Below are positions 8,020 to 10,602 of a stretch of DNA of 10,602 nucleotides, one piece after another (position 1 is the stretch's first letter; the number at the start of each line of letters is the position of its first letter). The notes under the pieces were generated by a model. The model did not search any database and was not told the DNA's origin. It saw only the letters and a list, made by a program, of their open reading frames with translations. Origin of the DNA: Azolla caroliniana (Eukaryota > Plantae > Polypodiophyta); contig JBHGNT010001255.1 in NCBI GenBank assembly GCA_043228905.1, positions 1 to 10,602 on the forward strand. Reading direction: 5' to 3'. The translations under genes were made by a program, and so were the position numbers.

Positions 8020-8320
8020 TTTGATATCAATAGACAGTGTAGCAAGCAACAATAGTTGTATGTGATGCTCAATATAGAATGATGTCAAATCGTCTACATC
8101 AACTTGTTATGGAATTTGTAACAATACAATCAATCTCAAACAAGAAACTAGTACCGAACTTTTGAAGAGACTCAACAACTCAACATACTTCTACAAGCCT
8201 ACAAGAGAACAAAAGTCAATAGGGTTTTATAGATTTTGATTTGATGGAAATCATAGACCCAACTACTCTAGTGAATTCAATAGAATCAACCTCATTTAGC
8301 ACATGGTTGGAGAAAGCTTA
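8020..8320 (+). mobile_element. Possible highly decayed Ty1/copia RT-RNaseH junction relic
   Basis: Fragments in different frames occur in the expected order. LYVMLN at 8056 (cf. LMYAMxCTRPD); LK.......FYK........GF at 8162-8227, then IDFD after a +1 shift (cf. LKGTxxxGLFYK....LxGFSDSDW); NLI..W at ~8288-8306 (cf. GSNLISW). Matched by eye, with many frameshifts. Confidence 0.3.
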
Positions 8321-10602
8321 ATGGTCCACAATTGGTTAATGTCAAGTTTGCTTCACAAATGCTTTGGTAAGTGACAATTCATGAATGCTCCGACATTCGA
8401 AGAGAGCTCTCTATCATTTGAGTTAGATATCCTATTTAGACATGAACTATGTATATGTTACGAGTGTTGGTTCATGGATTTATAAGTATAATGTTGCAGT
8501 TGGCACATGGATGCCAAATTCACCATTGGTTGAGGTGATATCCCATGTAATATAAAAATCCTTGTGAGTTACTAATAGGATATGCAAATATTCAACTTTG
8601 TAGCTTTCACATATGTGTCAAATATCTAAGGTCTATAAATGTCCCTCTTGGTGACAAACATCAATGCCTAAACCAAATGTCACCACAATAAAATTCTAAA
8701 ATTGAGCAAAGATCTTGAAATTGTGTTTCATTGTGACATGGTCACAGAATGGTAGTAGAGTTCTTTGAGACAATGATTTTTTAACCACAAAAAAGTATTT
8801 TAACAATGTTGTTGACATACTCTATGATTGAAATAAGAACTTGTGTTAGTGCTAAAGTCATGGTCTAAGAAATTTGATGATGGAGATAGTCACTTGGATT
8901 TCATTTGTTTCTAGACATAGCAAATAAGTTTAACCTCCATAATTCAACTACTATGAAGCATTCCTTGTACTATTGATCAATAAATTCCTAAAACCTTTCT
9001 CGGCAACATAAAGTCCATGGGTCATTAGACTAATAATAATGTGGTTAGAATATGTGGATTAGGGTATTCATATAAAAATGTGGTTTTCCCAATTATGCTA
9101 GTTGCGCCAATACATTTCTAACGCATATTCATTGCGGTAGTCCCTACGCCTCATCTACCCATGACAATATAATTAATAGAGAATGTGGTGCGAGCATTGT
9201 GAGCACTAGGGGTTTTGATCACACAAAATATAAGGTAACATAATGTAGTTTATTCTTCTTGGCTTTTGCAAATAGATATACTAGAGGAATACCTATTAAG
9301 CTTGGAAGTGGATGTTTGAATAATTAGATATTCAATATAGAAACCAAAATTCTTCATTGACCCTACCAAGTTATTTCTGAGATCGACATATTTCAAGATC
9401 AAGCTATAGTCATAAGATATGATCATAAATTTCTAGAACAAGCTCCATATATCCATAAATTTAGACTATCACAAAGAATGTGCTATAGACCTCCTAGTTG
9501 CATTGCCATGCATTGGTTGAAAGATCAATGAAGATTGACAAAGCATTGCCAACATTCTATATTTTGTATTGCTTAGTGAGCAAAAAACCAAGATTGGAAA
9601 TATTATAGTCACTAAAAGTGTGCAGCCAAGTTCTTATTAGAGTTTTGATTCCCCATAAAAAGTACAAAACATATAATAGACAACATTGGAGTGAACACAA
9701 TATAAAGTAGTTCATAAATTGTTTCACTTATTTATATGAATTAGAATGTAAACATGAAGAAGTTAATGAAACAGTACGCGGATGCACATTGTATTATAAT
9801 CTCCAATATTAGTAATATAAATTTCATAATGTGAGGTCAATGTGTAGCCTTCCATTTAGGAGTTGACTAACAAAATCCCTTCCCTTATTGATTTTACCCA
9901 ATTGTAGTTTATTTGAGAATGTGTAAACATAGTAGTCTAATATTAGACTTAGTTACTACTAACTTGCAACCTACCTTGGGGCGGGAATACTTCCCTGACA
10001 TGAATGTATAGTAACCACGAATGTGTGCCATTCACATGATTAAGGGCAAACAATGTACCTTCCAATTGAAGTGTTGTTGCCCACATATGGTGTGAACAAG
10101 GTACATAAATCCATTTCATTGGCTACCAATTTACAAGAGAATATATCACATTAACTTGGCGGTTTAAACCCCTTTGGTATTCCTAAGATCAATAAACTCG
10201 GCGAATTTGAGGAATCTCTATATGAATGACTCCAAATCAAAGGCGCATTGATTGCACCAGATTGCGGAGATGTTGTAATGAAAACAACATAATGTAGTTG
10301 ACATTGGCAAAAAAATGGTTTTGTTTTAAATATGGGGAGAGGCATTCTAAGTATGGGATTCTAATATATATACAATAATACATATGTATAAACACGTTGT
10401 GATCATCAACATTAAGTTTTCATCATCATGCATTCTCCACTACCATGGGGTGATGGTATTATATATAGTATACACATATAGAATTTAGGTTTTAAGTCTT
10501 TCCTTGCCAACTCAAACCTTCCTTATCTTGATCTCATTTTACTTTATAACATCTTAGGCTCTTCTTAAGTGCAGATTTCATATATCTATTCTTGAAGAGG
10601 TT

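Noticed and set aside
8732-8746. Palindrome TGTGAC-ATG-GTCACA
   Set aside because: Arms of 6 bp are expected by chance in 10 kb, and there is no supporting context.
5335-10345. Remaining short ORFs (5335..5520, 5768..5962, 5902..6114, 6472..6696, 7647..7850, 10151..10345)
   Set aside because: They are 61-74 aa with no recognisable homology, and several appear to rely on non-ATG starts. This is expected background in AT-rich non-coding DNA.

Overview
AT-rich eukaryotic genomic DNA, most likely from a land plant. The window holds one clear gene: a spliced 14-3-3 gene of the plant epsilon group on the + strand. It has six coding exons (2355-2427, 3096-3402, 3949-4036, 4632-4741, 5047-5195, 5279-5319), all with GT-AG introns in consistent phase, and encodes 255 aa. 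A seventh mini-exon at 5766-5771 may supply an alternative C-terminus. A ~230-bp (TATACA)n-type microsatellite lies just upstream, followed by a pyrimidine tract and a (GCAGAA)n/GA-rich leader. Intron 4 contains an imperfect foldback. Downstream are a (TGGCCC)4 G-quadruplex-type motif next to an indel-free 147-bp tandem duplication, and CpG-poor intergenic DNA with what may be a heavily decayed Ty1/copia RT-RNaseH relic. I found no convincing evidence of a new biological system; the findings are modest, testable oddities around an ordinary conserved gene.
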